From Lepidodermella squamata (taxonomy: Eukaryota; Animalia; Gastrotricha): DNA of 64,000 nucleotides. Made by a program: the position numbers and the translations under genes. The stretch is from contig JBLDXI010000034.1 in the NCBI GenBank assembly GCA_047495785.1, positions 372,001-436,000 on the forward strand. The letters run 5' to 3'. Of the stretch, positions 1 to 13,013 are shown piece by piece. Numbering within the stretch: position 1 is the first letter of the stretch; each line of letters opens with the position of its first letter. The notes under the pieces were generated by a model, which worked only from the letters and a program-made list of their open reading frames with translations, was not told where the DNA came from and did no database searches.

Positions 1-141
1 ACGAAATTCCAAGCAAACATCGCTGTCTTAGATCGCCGTAATAAGACAGCCTTGCATTGGGCCACGATCTGCGATAAAAGTGTTTCTGCTGATGACAAGC
101 GCAAGACTATCGAAATACTCGAGCGGCCAAAATTAAACTAG
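1..141 (+). CDS. 3' end of a further pseudokinase-ankyrin paralog (C-cap repeat), running in from the left edge
   Basis: Translates TKFQANIAVLDRRNKTALHWATICDKSVSADDKRKTIEILERPKLN*, nearly identical to the end of 54385..58122 (TKFQANIDAVDRRNKTAFHWATNCDDSVSADDKRKTIEILERPKLK*). Confidence 0.9.
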   Translation, partial: TKFQANIAVLDRRNKTALHWATICDKSVSADDKRKTIEILERPKLN

Positions 142-555
142 CTCGCAGTCAAGCATTTACCTAGACACAATGACCCAATAATCTATCGATAAACAAATGT
201 GAAACTATAAAAAACCTCTTGCGCTGGTAAATTGTTGTAGCCCAGTGTCAAACTCTATTCAAGAATATTTTGACTAAAACGTCCCTCAATGAAAACGAAG
301 ATGGAAGTATCATTTTCTTTGGCGTATTGTTGAATTATAGATAGAGAAGAGTCGAAGCGTCTATCTCACTCATCGCATAGTTATTCATGTTATTAGCTGA
401 AGCAAGAACATTATCCGAGTGCCGAACAACAATGGCAAACTCGTAGCCATCGACGGCGACAAAGCAGCAAGTTATTGCGACGAAAGCGGCTGCAACTAAT
501 TCAAGAACCACTAACGGACGGGTTGAATTATTTAGGCAATTGGCTTGCAATTGGC
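1..555 (+). repeat. Segmental duplicate of about 57982-58537 (ankyrin gene end plus 3' flank)
   Basis: Colinear high similarity by eye through the 3' flank, up to ttggcttgcaatt. Confidence 0.9.
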
Positions 556-619
556 TTGATTTGAGCCTCATTTGCTAAAATGTCACTGCTGAAAAGTCTG
601 ACCTCGTCGTCAATTATTA

Positions 620-886
620 CAGCGTGTCCCAGAAATTGCGCAACTATTATTTAATTATAAACAAAAATTTTTAGGAATTTCTTTTTTAAATTAAACCTAC
701 CGAGAGAATATTCCATCCAATTTAACCGAAGAAATAAAAAATTTACCGGAGAACACCCAGAAAACTGGTTAGGTAATTTTCGGTTTTTTACCCGGTTTGA
801 CCAAATTTCTCCGGACCTATTAATCACATTGACAAATAACATACTTGAAATCTTGATCTTTCAAATCAATTTCTGGCCATGAGACG
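620..886. mobile_element. Truncated Tc1/mariner-like MITE (same family as 50716-51049)
   Basis: TA followed by CAGCGTGTCCCAGAAA. The body matches 50716-51030; the right TIR is missing. Confidence 0.55.
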
Positions 887-1274
887 TGTCTCTCTCATTT
901 GATAGAATTTCTGTCTACCCTTTTCCGTGTACTTTCTTCGCTTGCATTACCTATGGGACATGATGGACTTTCTAGTGAAATCGATACTAGAAATCGATAT
1001 AATGTCTCAGGTTTCCAGCGCTATTTCGCTGTCCTATTTTTTCAGGTCAGGAGCGATTGTCAAGAGCATTAGTTCACTGTTCACTGGTAATTAAAAGTCA
1101 TTTTGATTTAAATAATCGAATATAAAATGGAGCCTTGACCGTTTAAATTCATTTCTGCTGATATTAATATCTGCTGCCATCTCTTTCTATGGGAAATATT
1201 TCACCTTGCTCTCTTAGCTCTTGGGCGTGATATTTCCAAATAAATATATTAATTGAAAAGTAGAATTTAATATA

Positions 1275-2561
1275 ATGGATAAATTACTGGCCACTATTCG
1301 CTCGTTGCCTGTGAGTTCGGACTTGGAAGCGGATACTTCCTATATTTCGAAGCATTTCGCTACAGCAGTAAGAGGCAACCCTAGAAATTTGCAGGAAATA
1401 GCCGCGTTGGTCCCGTCCATGATAGCCGACCAAAATAAACGGTATGAAATTCTGAAATGCGACGCAAGTAATACCTGGCGTCGCATGTCCGCTGAAACAC
1501 GGTCTCAAAAGCCTATTGATGATATACCAGTACTCGGACTTGATAGCGAAAAAGAAAAGCGCCCTATGCTTAAGCGTCATATTGTTCAACAAGATGACCA
1601 GAGAAAATCCGCGTCCAAGAAGCCGAAACCGAGTAATTTACCCGATCAGAATTTATTTGTATTCGAAACTGACCAAATTCAGGAAAATAATGACCCCGTC
1701 CGTATTGAGGGCCCGTCTTCCGAGATGAAAAGCATCGACCTACCTGAATCGTTCAACACAGAATTCATGCCTGAGACGAACAATGTCGACATTGAAATGG
1801 ATATATTATTGTTTCCCCTAAACCCATCACCGATTGAACCCTTTAACTTCGAATCTGAAATTTCAATTGATACATGTCACGCGGATGTTTTCGATTACTC
1901 CGAGTCACCAAGAATAGTGGAACAGCCCGATTTGAGTTCGACTGCACGCCAGAGTAGTCGCCAAGTAGCAAGGGAATTCCCAGTAATACATATGCACAAT
2001 GCTGCTGAAATAAAACTGGCCTATGATGAGCGGATAAGAGCGAAAGCCATGAGGCCAAAGATCGACCTAGATACCAGAATCAGCTATGGCGATTTTCGAG
2101 CCCAGTATGAAACTTATTTTTCTGAGTGTACTGAAGACAAGCCTCTCGCGCCCGCCACCAGGTTTGAGATGGCCGATTTCGCTTTCGGCAAGCTGTCAGC
2201 CTTGATTCCCAACAAGCTACCTGTGGCTACACCGTTTTTTACTACGACAAAATTCACTTCTAGTTCCTTGCCTTCGCCATTAATCGATCAGTATCCTATT
2301 CCGTCTGAAATAACTCGACCAGTTGCTAACATCGGCGCGGTCAGTACTTCGTTTCAAGAAATGTCTACGATCAATGATTACCACAGTGAAGCAATTTCGG
2401 AGCCGGAAAATGCCAGTCTACTAATTACACAAACCGCAGAATTGGCGCCGAGTGAGAGGCCGATTGATCTACCCGTTTCGACTAGGAAAAACATAAAATC
2501 GGCGCTTTTCTTTTCCCAACTGCTACGGCTGAGAGCGAGTTGGGCTGTTGTTATTACACAA
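1275..2561 (+). CDS. Divergent alpha-kleisin (Rad21/Rec8 family cohesin subunit); last exon uncertain
   Basis: N-terminal LQEIAALVPSMIADQNKRYEILKCDA aligns without gaps to Rad21 [26 protein letters not shown]. C-terminal ALFFSQLLRLRASWAVVITQ aligns without gaps to [20 protein letters not shown]. The middle is acidic and Pro-rich with ExxR motifs. GTAAG donor at 2562. Confidence 0.55.
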
Positions 2562-2833
2562 GTAAGATTCTTTTTAAATTAATCATTTAATCCGGACAAT
2601 TTCATCCGGAAAATTGATTATTTTTCGCGCCTATTATACTTGTCTTGAATATTTCTACTTTCCTTCCTAAAGGCTGGGGATGGACAAGGAATGGAACAAG
2701 GCGCATAATATCTCTAATTATTGAAATTATTTATTGATTATTACTCATAAAATGTTCCGAATAATTCGATATGTTATGCTGCCAAAATATCTTTAACAAC
2801 AGGAATAAAGAAAGAAATAGCCAAGAAGTTTTA

Positions 2834-3299
2834 CTAGTTGCGCCTAAGGGTAAACGTGAGGTGTAACCGGCCCCAGCTATCACGGACGCGTGTGTGGAAC
2901 CAAAACCGACACTCTGGCATGTTGCAGATTGAGCTGCGTAGGGTCGGGTCGTTACGATCAATAGCGAGCAGCTCCTCGACGTCTTCCCTTCGAACATTAA
3001 ATATCGGCTTTCGGTTATTTGGCTCCAGTCTGTATAATAAAATGAATTAGGATGAAATCGAAACATTTTAGTTACCTATTTTTCAGGGTCGCAAAATGCT
3101 CGGTAGAACAAGCCACTTGCACTCTTACCACGACCAAGTTGGTGTGCGACCTCCTTCTGCGGAGTGCGGCCAACACATCGCTTCGCAATTCAGTGATGTA
3201 GTTGTAATTGCGTGTTCGACGATGGCGGCGTTCAGCCTGCCTTGGCTGGAATTCTTCAGAATAACGAACGGGGGGTCTCACGTCCTGTCTGAGCTGCAT
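2834..3299 (-). CDS. Two-exon orphan gene (about 139 aa), unknown function
   Basis: Exons 3299-3076 and 3029-2834 are joined by a 46-nt GT-AG intron into an open frame (...ATLKNR|LEPNNRKPIFNVRREDVEELL...HLTFTLRRN*). Confidence 0.5.
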
Positions 3300-3568
3300 T
3301 TCCAATTTAATAGCGAGCCAATCTGGAATAGATAAAAACAAAAAGTAAAAAGAAAGTTTGAATATTTCAGTTTTATATATTTGACCATATTATTTATAGC
3401 AATTTTGGACCTTTGTTATGCAATGGAGGATTTTTTTACTGTTGCAACTGTTAATCTCCATTTGTTGCGTTTATCATCGAGTTGCATCTCTTTTCTTGAG
3501 TTATTAGTGAAATTTTGATTTGCGAAACATGTAACCATAATTTTCCGATTTGACGTAGACATAATTGT

Positions 3569-6265
3569 ATGAACGAAAAATTGGTTAAACGTCTACGACC
3601 GGACGAGCCTGGGTCTCCCGCTAATTGGGCTGCTGCATTTTTGCGGCCCAGATCTGCAGTAATTTCGTATTTTTCTATGAAAAATTAATGGAAATTTTAC
3701 TAATTTTCAGCCTCCTCACAATGTTCGAAATGTCACCGGATATGATGAATTTCCTGAAGATGTTGTTCCACCTGAAAATAACGAAGGTCGTCGCCAGCCT
3801 GTGTTGCCTCCAAATGGCAACCACGAGCTTTACTATATACAAAATAATTGCTCATTAAAATCCATCTGTGAAAAGATAAAAACCGGTAATTTTAGAAAAA
3901 AAAAATGCAAGTTTTGCGTTTCAGAAAAAACGATGCTTTCAAAAATGTCTTACAAACAAGCTCGAAATTCTTATTTTATTTATTTATTTATTTAAAGAGC
4001 CATAACGCCCAGAAGAGGACAGCTCAGACAAGTGATCAATAGAAAAGTAAAGACAACAACAAAATTGAAAATCGAAATAGCATAAATAGTAGACTGATCG
4101 GGATCACTGTCGAAATCAATGCAATGATCAACATGACATGAACAATATGAAAATATATGAATATTCAACAATCAGAGCATAGCGGCATTAATGTTGTAGT
4201 AGTGTAGATAAGCCGCTTGGCGACACGCCTTCGCTGACTCCGCTTCGTGAACGCTCGAAGGCATTTGATTCCACAAGTGCGGGCCACGGTACGACATGCT
4301 TAGTTGGCCTCGCTCGGATGTGTAGGTCGGTTTAAACATGGGTTCGAAATTACGGCAGCTGTAGCCGTGGCTGCGATCGTTCAGCTTAAACATCAACGTG
4401 AATTCATCCGGCGCCATCTTGTTCAGGCTCTTCCACATGAATGTACATAGGTGCATCGCATGTTTCTGGCCGACTGTTAGCCACCCAAGTCGATGCCGCA
4501 GCGGGGCCGGATCCGCCAATGGATGAGCGCCGTATATGATTTTGATAGCTCGATCCTGCGACGATTGCAGTTTGTCGCGAGTCGATTTTGAGGCCTGTCC
4601 AAGGGTGAGGTCGCCATAATTCAAATGGCTGACGACGAGGCCATTTGTCATCATAACAGCAGTTTTGCGATCGATTCCAGCGTTGACAGCTTATTTGAGA
4701 GCAAACAGGCCTTTTCGGGCTTTGCCTTTGGCCATCTCGACGTGCTCATCGAATTGTAGCTTGTTGTCAATTTTGAAACCAAGGGTATCCATGATTTCTG
4801 ACGGCTTTATCGCAACTCCTCCGATTGTGACCTTGAAATCGGGCGCTGTCGAGAGGTGTGGTTTGAGAAGCATGAATTGCGATTTTTTCCCATTTACTGC
4901 GAGGCTGTTCTGTTTTAGCCATGCGCATACCCTGTCAAGTTCCAGTTGCAGAACTGAGTGGAGTTCGTTGATGTTCTTCGATCCGTAAAAAATTGTAATG
5001 TCGTCGGCGTATTGTGCTATACCGCATCTCCTTAAAATCAAAGGCAGGTCGTTTACATAAATTGTAAACATGAGTGGCCCAAGGACCGATCCTTGTGGCA
5101 CACCGCAATCAATTGACTCGAACGGGGATGCTTCGCCGTTGATTTTCGTGGTTTGGCGGCGATTGCTCAAGTAGTTTATCAATAGGCGAATTGACTCTTC
5201 CGTTACACCAGCGGATCGGAGAGATTCGATAATCCCATCGTGGTGGAGCGTGTCGAAGGCTTTGGATAAGTCGATCGACACGGCTCCAACCACGTTTCCT
5301 TTGTCAAGTAGATGTCGCCAGCGTTCGGTGAACGATGCCACGCAGGTGTCAGTCGAATGGTATTGACGGAATCCGTGTTGTGCCGGTGTTAAGAATTTGA
5401 TCGCTCGCAAATGATCTTTCAGCTGTGTTGCCAGGCAACGCTCGAACGTACGTGCTAGCGGTGAAGTGATCGAAATCGGCCTAAAATTCCCAACCTCAGC
5501 CTTTGATCCGGACTTATGCAGCGGTGTGACAATAGCCGTTTTCCAATCACTGATGAAGACACCATCTCGAATGGCCAAGTTGAAGAGCGCTGTGAGATGA
5601 CGAGCAATTGAAGGCTTTGCCATCTTCACGATGCACTCGGGAATGCCGTCGAACCCGGTCGTAGCCTTGTAACTCAGTTTGTCGATCGCTTTTTCGACAT
5701 CGGTGACCAAGACAGGTCGAAACGTAAACGGCGTTGAGCTTCGTTTACGTCTTGCGAAGTTCAGACAATCTCCGAGACTTTCGGCCACGATTTTTCCTGC
5801 TCGTGAGAAGAACAGATTAAAATTGGTGGCCTTTTGCAATGACTCATCTCTTGATAGCTGCGTCCAGACGTTGCGGTTCTTTGGCTTGGGGCGGAAATCT
5901 TTGACGATTCGCCACAATTTTCGCGGGTCGTTGCCAGCCTCCTTAACTCGTCGACGATATCGAGCACGGCGCGCCTTGCGTCGTTGTCGTTGACGTTGTC
6001 GCCGCGTGAGCGTTGGATCAAAATGCTTCATCTTGGCTTGGCGATTACGCTTTTTAGCTTGTTCTTTGTCGATCAACTTCGTCCATCACTGCTAGAAGCC
6101 GGAGTTTGATTTGAGACCAGAAAGTTTCGCAATCGTCCGACTCGTTCTGCTAACAAAACAAAATTTTATTGTAAAACCTGTCCCGGAAATCCACCAATTT
6201 GCCAGTCTTGTTATGACAAGCATTCTCATGGCCTAACCGCATTTAACCCGGGAAATTCGAAGTAG
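3569..6265 (+). pseudogene. Small spliced gene ending in a Cys/His zinc-binding domain resembling the piggyBac C-terminal CRD; LINE in intron 2; in-frame TGA at 6107
   Basis: Exons 3569-3658, 3711-3885 and 6096-6265 are phase-compatible. Motif NCSLKSIC...TKFYCKTCPGNPPICQSCYDKH. Confidence 0.45.
3971..6085 (-). mobile_element. 5'-truncated non-LTR retrotransposon (CR1/L2-like LINE), RT and C-terminal region
   Basis: RT motifs NFRPISIT, QHGFR, IDLSKAFDT, GVPQGSVLGP and QYADD. ORFs 4691..6076 and 4172..4654 are in the same frame, split by one TAA. (TAAA)n 3' tail at 3971-3995. Confidence 0.92.
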
Positions 6266-9231
6266 CAATAATCTGGCTTATTGATCTATATTTTTGTAGA
6301 AATTATTACATTTTGAATTTAAAATGACTTTCGAAGATCCTACTCAGCACTCTAAAAGCCCAAAGCGTGGTAGACCTGCTACCCGTGCAAAGGTACAAAT
6401 TTACAGATTTTTTCCTGATTTTTATTAAGATATAAAATATTCTTTCCAGACCGACTACACTGGCCATGTTCCATCGTCAACGCGGAGAAATTCTCTTGAT
6501 GTACGCTATTTATTTGCTGAGATAGCTTAAAAGGGAGCAACTTTCATTTATCCTAGGCCTCCACGACGTCGCAAGCTGAATCAGGGTGTCTAGTATTTAA
6601 ACCGCCTAGACAGGTAATTGTTTCCCTCGTCAGCACAGCCAATTAAATCATTTTAATCTTGTAGAAGGATGAAGAATATGTGGAACTCTCGGAACCTGGG
6701 AAACACAAACGGCGACATCGGCTTTTCGATGACCTCGAGAAACTGGTCGACTGGGAGCGTGACCACGGCGGGGTTCCAGTAGTAGGGGCGACGTTCGAAA
6801 TTCACGTGGCTGACGGCTCAAAAATAAAGCAGTTCTCGAAGTCCTCGGGAATTGTCCCCGATGACACTAGAAAAAAAATTAGGTTCATTAGCTGAAGATA
6901 ATCATCTTTTATGGCTATTTATCCTGAGGTTTATTAGCGGATATTTATCTCATGGTTTTTTAGCTACGTCAAATGAATCAGCCTGTAATTAGGACAAATT
7001 GCCACGGAAAATCGAGAAATTTCGGATAAAAAGCCGTCGATTTCATTGTTGATAAAATTCGCCCGCCACGCAACAGCAGTCATGACCCTTTCTGATTACG
7101 ACTTGAAAGTATTTCATTCGACTTTTTCACACGCACAAACACAGCAGCGATTTTTCGTAGTTTTTCAGAGTTAAAACCGCGGGAAGAACAACCGCGTCGA
7201 TTTCCGAACCAATTAGTCGAAATTTGAGGGCTGTCAGGTGAGAACTTCTATCTATTTACCTGTTGATTGATATTTTGATGGCTTCACCTGATGCGTTTTA
7301 TTTAATTCCTGAATTAATTTTTTTTACATTGGAATAAATTTTAATTAGAAAATCAGCTAATTATCTCCGGCCAACACGGACTTTTCTAACACCGGTAACT
7401 TATAATTAAACTAACATACTAACCTAACCAAAGCTCGTGTTATTCGGAGGTTGAATATGCTGATGATCTACGGTATTCACTATGGATTTTTCAAGAGTAA
7501 AATTTGATTAAAATTTGAACAATTCGAGCTCTAATGATCTCTGTTCGGGTTCTAAATTTTATATATTTTCAGTTGAATTTGCGGCATGTTCAGCTTCGCT
7601 GCTGTTGATAGTTGCGAAAATCTGAAAAACCGTAAGTTTCTCAGTTTTATCACAAAATTAGCTGTATTTTTTGACAAAAATTACAGCAAAATCGAAGCAC
7701 ATTGGCCGGTTTTCGATCAAGCTAGAAAGCATCGACTACACGGCAAACACGACCATGCTCAATTTCAAACTGAAGCGAATGACCCGCCTCTGCTCTCTGG
7801 TTCAGATCGACTCACTTGGCTGGCTGTGAAACAAAGAGCCGAGTTGTCAGATTTGTACGGCGAATTGAGGTGAATTTCCGTATGAATTATTTATTTAAAA
7901 ATAATTTTCAATTTCGATTTTAATCTTGAATATTTTCCTATTGCGGTAAATTTTACATTTCGAGGTTTTCAAATTGTTATTCAATTAATTCAGACTTGGA
8001 CTTTGATCGAATTTCGCGATTTTTTTCTCTAAACCATTGTCTGGTAAAAGATTCCCTGGCATAGTATGTTGATTTTCCGGTGCGATAATTAGAAATTTAA
8101 ATTGGGAATTCCTTTTGATTATTGCGTTTAAGTGTTTTTGCGTTTTGAAAAAAATGAATAAAGCGTGAAATATGATATCGCAGGTCCAGTCAACCGTGAC
8201 GATTTTTAAAATTTATCCTAATCGCTCGGAAATTCGACATGTTTCTCTTTCGAACGGAAAATAAATTATGTCCGTCGAACCACTTCGAATTCGCTAAATA
8301 AATTACACATTTTCTTCATTTCATGGGGAAAAAATTCGTTCTAAATAGGAGCCATTTTTATTCGAAATTTATAGGCAAATTTAGAAAATTAAATTTTTTT
8401 CGGTAGTAATATATATTAAATGAGCTCTTTCAAATTCAAAATAATTTATTAATTTTTTCCGAATTTCCTGTCTGATTTTTATTGATAGTATGGTATTTTT
8501 CAGATGGCAGATGGAAGGCTTGTGGACTGAGTCATGGCGAATCTAATGCGGCTAGCTAAAACCTAACCAATCTGCGTTGGAAATCGCACAGCTGGGCGAA
8601 CACAATCGATGCGTTTTTCGATCTCGTCGATTTCTCTTCGAAAATCTCCGCGGGAAATTGACATTAACATAAAATTAATTGATAAACTGTGTTTGATATC
8701 GTCGGCGCCGTGCAGTAATGTTGCTTAACCATGCTATACCCACATGGGAAAACAAATTTTCTTAATTTGTCGAATTTAGCCTCGAAACCGGTATCAAAAT
8801 GACCGTCTTGATGCGAGGATGAAGAATATGTAAAAATTGATGCACTTGGATCATCTGGGGTTAAGCTACAGCTATTTAAACGATTTTCAGTCGGCGTTAT
8901 ACTATTATTATTATTAGTGTGTGCATATATTATGCAAATGCGGCCTCTTGTGCGGGCGCATATTTTTAACCTATTATTTATTGCAAGAGAAATAGGAGCC
9001 ACTAGGCTAAATGTTTTCTCGATCAACAATAAATAGGTAGCTTTGATGTAGATAATTAGGGATCAAAGATCGGATCGTTTTGCATATAAATCCGCTTCGC
9101 TATGCTCTAAAGGGCTGCCGGTCACTCTGAAAAGCGCGAAATCTAATAATTATTGCTGGTTGCCATAAAGAGACGCCGTCACATTCGCCCTAGTAAAGTT
9201 TCATTGATATTGCTGCACTGTTACTGTTCAA

Positions 9232-9599
9232 CATAGACAAATAATTCTGGTATCAATAGAAAGCTCTCATAAAATTCTGCATCGATCCCATTAGTAACAT
9301 TTTGGAATCTGAGGTGGGGCAAATTGCAAGTTCTCAAAGTTTTTAAAGCCGTGAATTTTGGGAAAATTTTTACGACACAGCTTCAAAATGTATATGGTTG
9401 TATAGAGCGTGAGCTACTGCCTTTTTGACTACGGCTCCACTACGGCCGATGAAAACTGTCGTTGCAACACCAGGATATAGTGAGGGCTAAAATTCAAAAA
9501 TTTCCTTAAAAATGTGCTTGAGGACTTCTATTTGAAAATTCGAATAATTTCGGCAGTATTACAAAGGCAAGAGTGTCCAGTCTCTTATATTTGTCTATG
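9232..9599. mobile_element. hAT-like MITE
   Basis: Termini CATAGACAAATA and TATTTGTCTATG; perfect 8-bp TSD CTGTTCAA. Confidence 0.85.
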
Positions 9600-10876
9600 C
9601 TGTTCAAATATAAAGAGATGCTGCTGAAAAAGATTAAAAAACCATTATCAACACGACTAAACACGACGTTCGCTCAACAAAGTTTTACTTCAAAATTATT
9701 ATTATTATTATTATTATTATTTGCCGATTTGCCAATAATAGATTCAATATAGTCAATAAGAATAGTCGACAGCAAAAGCAGCAGGCTAGGCACAATTTTG
9801 AAACAGAAACATAGTTCAACTTTGGACAACGATCTTTGTTCGCGTTGATTGGAGGCAAGCCGTAAAATCCCTGATCCAGTGCCCATTTCGTAGAACATCG
9901 GACTCTGACATTCGACATTAAGACAGATACAAAAGCGAAACCATCTTGGGCCACGATGGGTTTTCGTTCAGTCTAAAAGAAAAGACAACAAGGTTTTAGA
10001 TTCACCATATTTGTTACAACAACAGCCCAACCGATAATATATTAGCCCAAGTCTAAATCCCGCCCGCATCAATCGCCCGGGCCATGCAATGGATAGGCTT
10101 CACGTATGGGATAGCGATAGCTGTCACATTCAGCATGCTACGCAAGCAGTTTGCCGCGAACTTGGATTTGACTCGGCTGTTGATTGCTGAGTTTCAATTT
10201 TCTTAATAAATGTGGCTCGACTATGTTTGCAATAAAAATTCGGGATGGATAGGAATAAAAAATTTAGAGGATTCTAATCATTTGCGCAGGACAAAACGAG
10301 TGACTGGTGATTTCATAGATGGGAGTAATTTTGATATTATTTCTCGATTTTGATATTATTTTGTTGTCACTGATTATCAGATGGTTTTTCTCCAACTCGG
10401 ATCGGTCTCCTAAACTGATCCTCCGATTTTTTTCTGGGCGCCCATAAAACGCCCATTTCAACGCTAAAAATACTACCCAGTCTTCTTTAATCCAATCATT
10501 GATATACGCAGCATTAAAACATGCAAACCCTTTCTATATAGGTAAATTCCCGATCCAAGGTCTATGAAATTATTCCGAGCTCTATCCAAGTTTTACATGT
10601 TGAAAGCGGCAAGCGGCAAACACAAAGTGCGTACCGCATTTGTTTTATTTTACAGTAGAGAGCAGCCCGGGCTTCTAAAATTTCAACCTTGAAATTTTGA
10701 AGAATTCGAAGAATCAAGTTTTTGCGAATGGTTAATTTTTGACGTTTTTGAACTGAGTTGACCCCTCAGCCCTGGGGTATTACTGGAACAAATCCGATGT
10801 CTTTTCTCGGTTAGCATAACGCATTCGAGGGTGTAAAACCACTAATACTAACGCGATTGGCCATCGCCATCTCTAG

Positions 10877-11040
10877 CACTAGAAAAAAATATGGTCCGAA
10901 ATCAGGGGATGCTTCATCCGAATTTAGGGGTAGGCCCTGAAATCAGGGGGTTGCAAAGTGCTGTTTTTCAGAGTTATGAATTCATACCATACTAATTGAG
11001 CATCTCCCGAATTCAGCGGTATGCTATTAGGGGATGAATA
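10877..11040. mobile_element. Orphan left end of a second CACTA-type element
   Basis: CACTAGAAAAAAAT followed by repeated CCGAA(A/T)T(C/T)AGGGG-like subterminal motifs. No matching right end seen. Confidence 0.5.
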
Positions 11041-11099
11041 ATTGAATTAAAAACTCTAGAATTTTAGTCATATTTCATGTGTGCATATGCTAAGCAGTG

Positions 11100-13013
11100 C
11101 GTTCACGTCGCGGAAGAACCCGCACTTTAGGCAAAAAAACTCCTGTACTCCCAAGTACAGTATTTTTAGGCTGTAATCCTAGTTACAGTCTCCAATGCTG
11201 TACGAACGGTACAGTCCACTCGAGCTGTACAGCGAGTACAGTTCATCTTACTGTACTGCGATTACAGCTCAATTAGGCTGTACTGCAAGTACAGTTCGTT
11301 TAGCTGTACTAGTAATTACAGCTATTATTGACTGTAGCGTGAGATACAGTCCAAATAACTGTACTAGTTGTACAGCCCGACGAGCCGTACCCTCAGTACA
11401 GTCAAATGACCATATAATATAGAGCTACAGCAAAAACGACGTCTATGTTACTTCTTCGATCTCGGAGCGAAACCAAGCATCAAAGGTGACTATCTACCTT
11501 GGTCAGAAGGTGTATGGTTTCGCTGCGAGAATGAGCAGCGAAGACAGTCTGTGCGCGAGATGCGAGACGGCTATGAAGCCAAATGGCCTTGGAAGATATA
11601 TTCCCTTTCACCCGCTGCGTTCAAGAAGGTTCCCTCTGGAGCTCCACCCAGCTTGAGAAATTCGCCCATTCCTCTATCCGACACTTTTGGATGCTTTGAT
11701 GGCCGATCTTCTGGAAATGCTGTAAAGTGAAAAAATTCCTAAAATTACTACCCAAAATTACCTAAAATTACCTAAAACAAGTATTAAGCCCCCCGTATCA
11801 ACCGTTTGGAGTGGCACGCAGTCTGATCATCGCGCAATTTTTGACACTTCAGGTCTGAAGAAGAACAATTCCGTTAGCTATGATTCGGATTTTGATGATT
11901 AAAAAGAAAGTTAGGAATGAAAAATACTTTTTATAATTGAATTTTAATAATAATTCCGGTTCCGGTTTTGAAGAGGGCGAAGGCTGGCAAAGAGTATTCC
12001 TTGCCCAACCCACAGTTCAAGATCCTGCTTTTTCAGAAAAATTCGTAGTTTTCAATAGAGTTAACAATCATGCGCCATTCATCTTTTCAAACGAAACCAT
12101 TTTAGGTAGTGTAAGATCAGGAATAATTTCTATTTCAAACTCCTTTACGCCAGATGTTTTGTTTTTAGGCGTTTTGCCCGTCTTATTGTTCGCTTTACTC
12201 TTAAATTTATCCGGCGTAATTCCTTAGTCAGTACTACCTTAACTAATTTCTATGCACTCCGTGGATCCATCTAGTTCTGGGTCGTCCTCTTAGTGCAAAC
12301 CATCCACACGGAGGCGTCCAAATATTATAAATTTTGTTAATTAGTCCTTCCACGTCATAGTCGCGTGATCTAGTAATGTGCGCGAAATACCTTAACCGTT
12401 GTTTTTCTACAATGCGGCCCACTACAATGAGACCTCCGCATAGAGCTAGCCTTATGTCTATGTTAGAAATGTAGTCCATAAGGTGGACATCTAATATCGA
12501 ACGGAGCCAGCGATATTCAATATTTTTTAGTCTATTTTCTCGAGCTATCAAGAATCAAGCTATCAATTTTGAAAAGGGCGAAACTCCTTAACGATCGGAG
12601 AGGCATTTAAAACAGATCATTCAGCTGTCAGAAAATTTAATTAGCTCGTATCGACTAGTTCTGCGCCTTAGGTATTTTCTATATATGCCGCAAGCCGAAA
12701 ATTTGCATCCTGGGTATTTTCGATCTTTGTCTCCGCAATCGACTACAGTTCGATCGACACTGTACGCAAAAGTACAGTTATGAGCTGTACTAGGGGCTAC
12801 AGCCAATCTGAGATGTACATTGTACTACAGTCACTGAACTGTACAGTGCTTTACAGCCGATCTGAGCTGTACTATGCAGTACATACGACGCACTGTACAC
12901 GACTGTACAGTTTCAACCAGCTGTACAACTATTTACAGCTGCGAGAACTGTACTTTGCAATACAGTAAAATAAAAAAAATCACCTAAGTGCGGGTTCTTC
13001 CGCGACGTGAACG
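11100..13013. mobile_element. Non-autonomous TIR element with TACAG/CTGTA subterminal repeat arrays
   Basis: About 31-bp TIR CGTTCACGTCGCGGAAGAACCCGCACTT(T)AGG; 4-bp TSD AGTG; dense CTGTAC/GTACAG repeats at 11140-11430 and 12740-12970. Confidence 0.85.
12170..12551 (-). mobile_element. Degenerate RTE-clade LINE fragment (C-terminal region of the RT ORF)
   Basis: RWLRSIL...ISNIDIR...RLRYFAHITR...RGRPRTRW is typical of RTE C-termini; stop codons follow downstream. Confidence 0.75.

Noticed and set aside
2881-2907. RSS-like CACGGAC-11nt-ACCAAAACC upstream of the RAG1-like gene
   Set aside because: Poor heptamer, wrong spacer, lies inside a coding exon, and no partner inverted repeat was found.
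4691-4693. Alternative genetic code (stop reassignment) suggested by in-frame stops
   Set aside because: Long intact ORFs end normally in TAA, TAG or TGA. Apparent stops in the kinase genes fall in introns.
6960-8560. CACTA transposase inside the 13-kb element
   Set aside because: Exon-like pieces exist, but no recognisable TnpD/TnpA motifs.
8664-9029. Similar ORFs at 8664..9029 and 15428..15679
   Set aside because: Both are translations of the same TIR.
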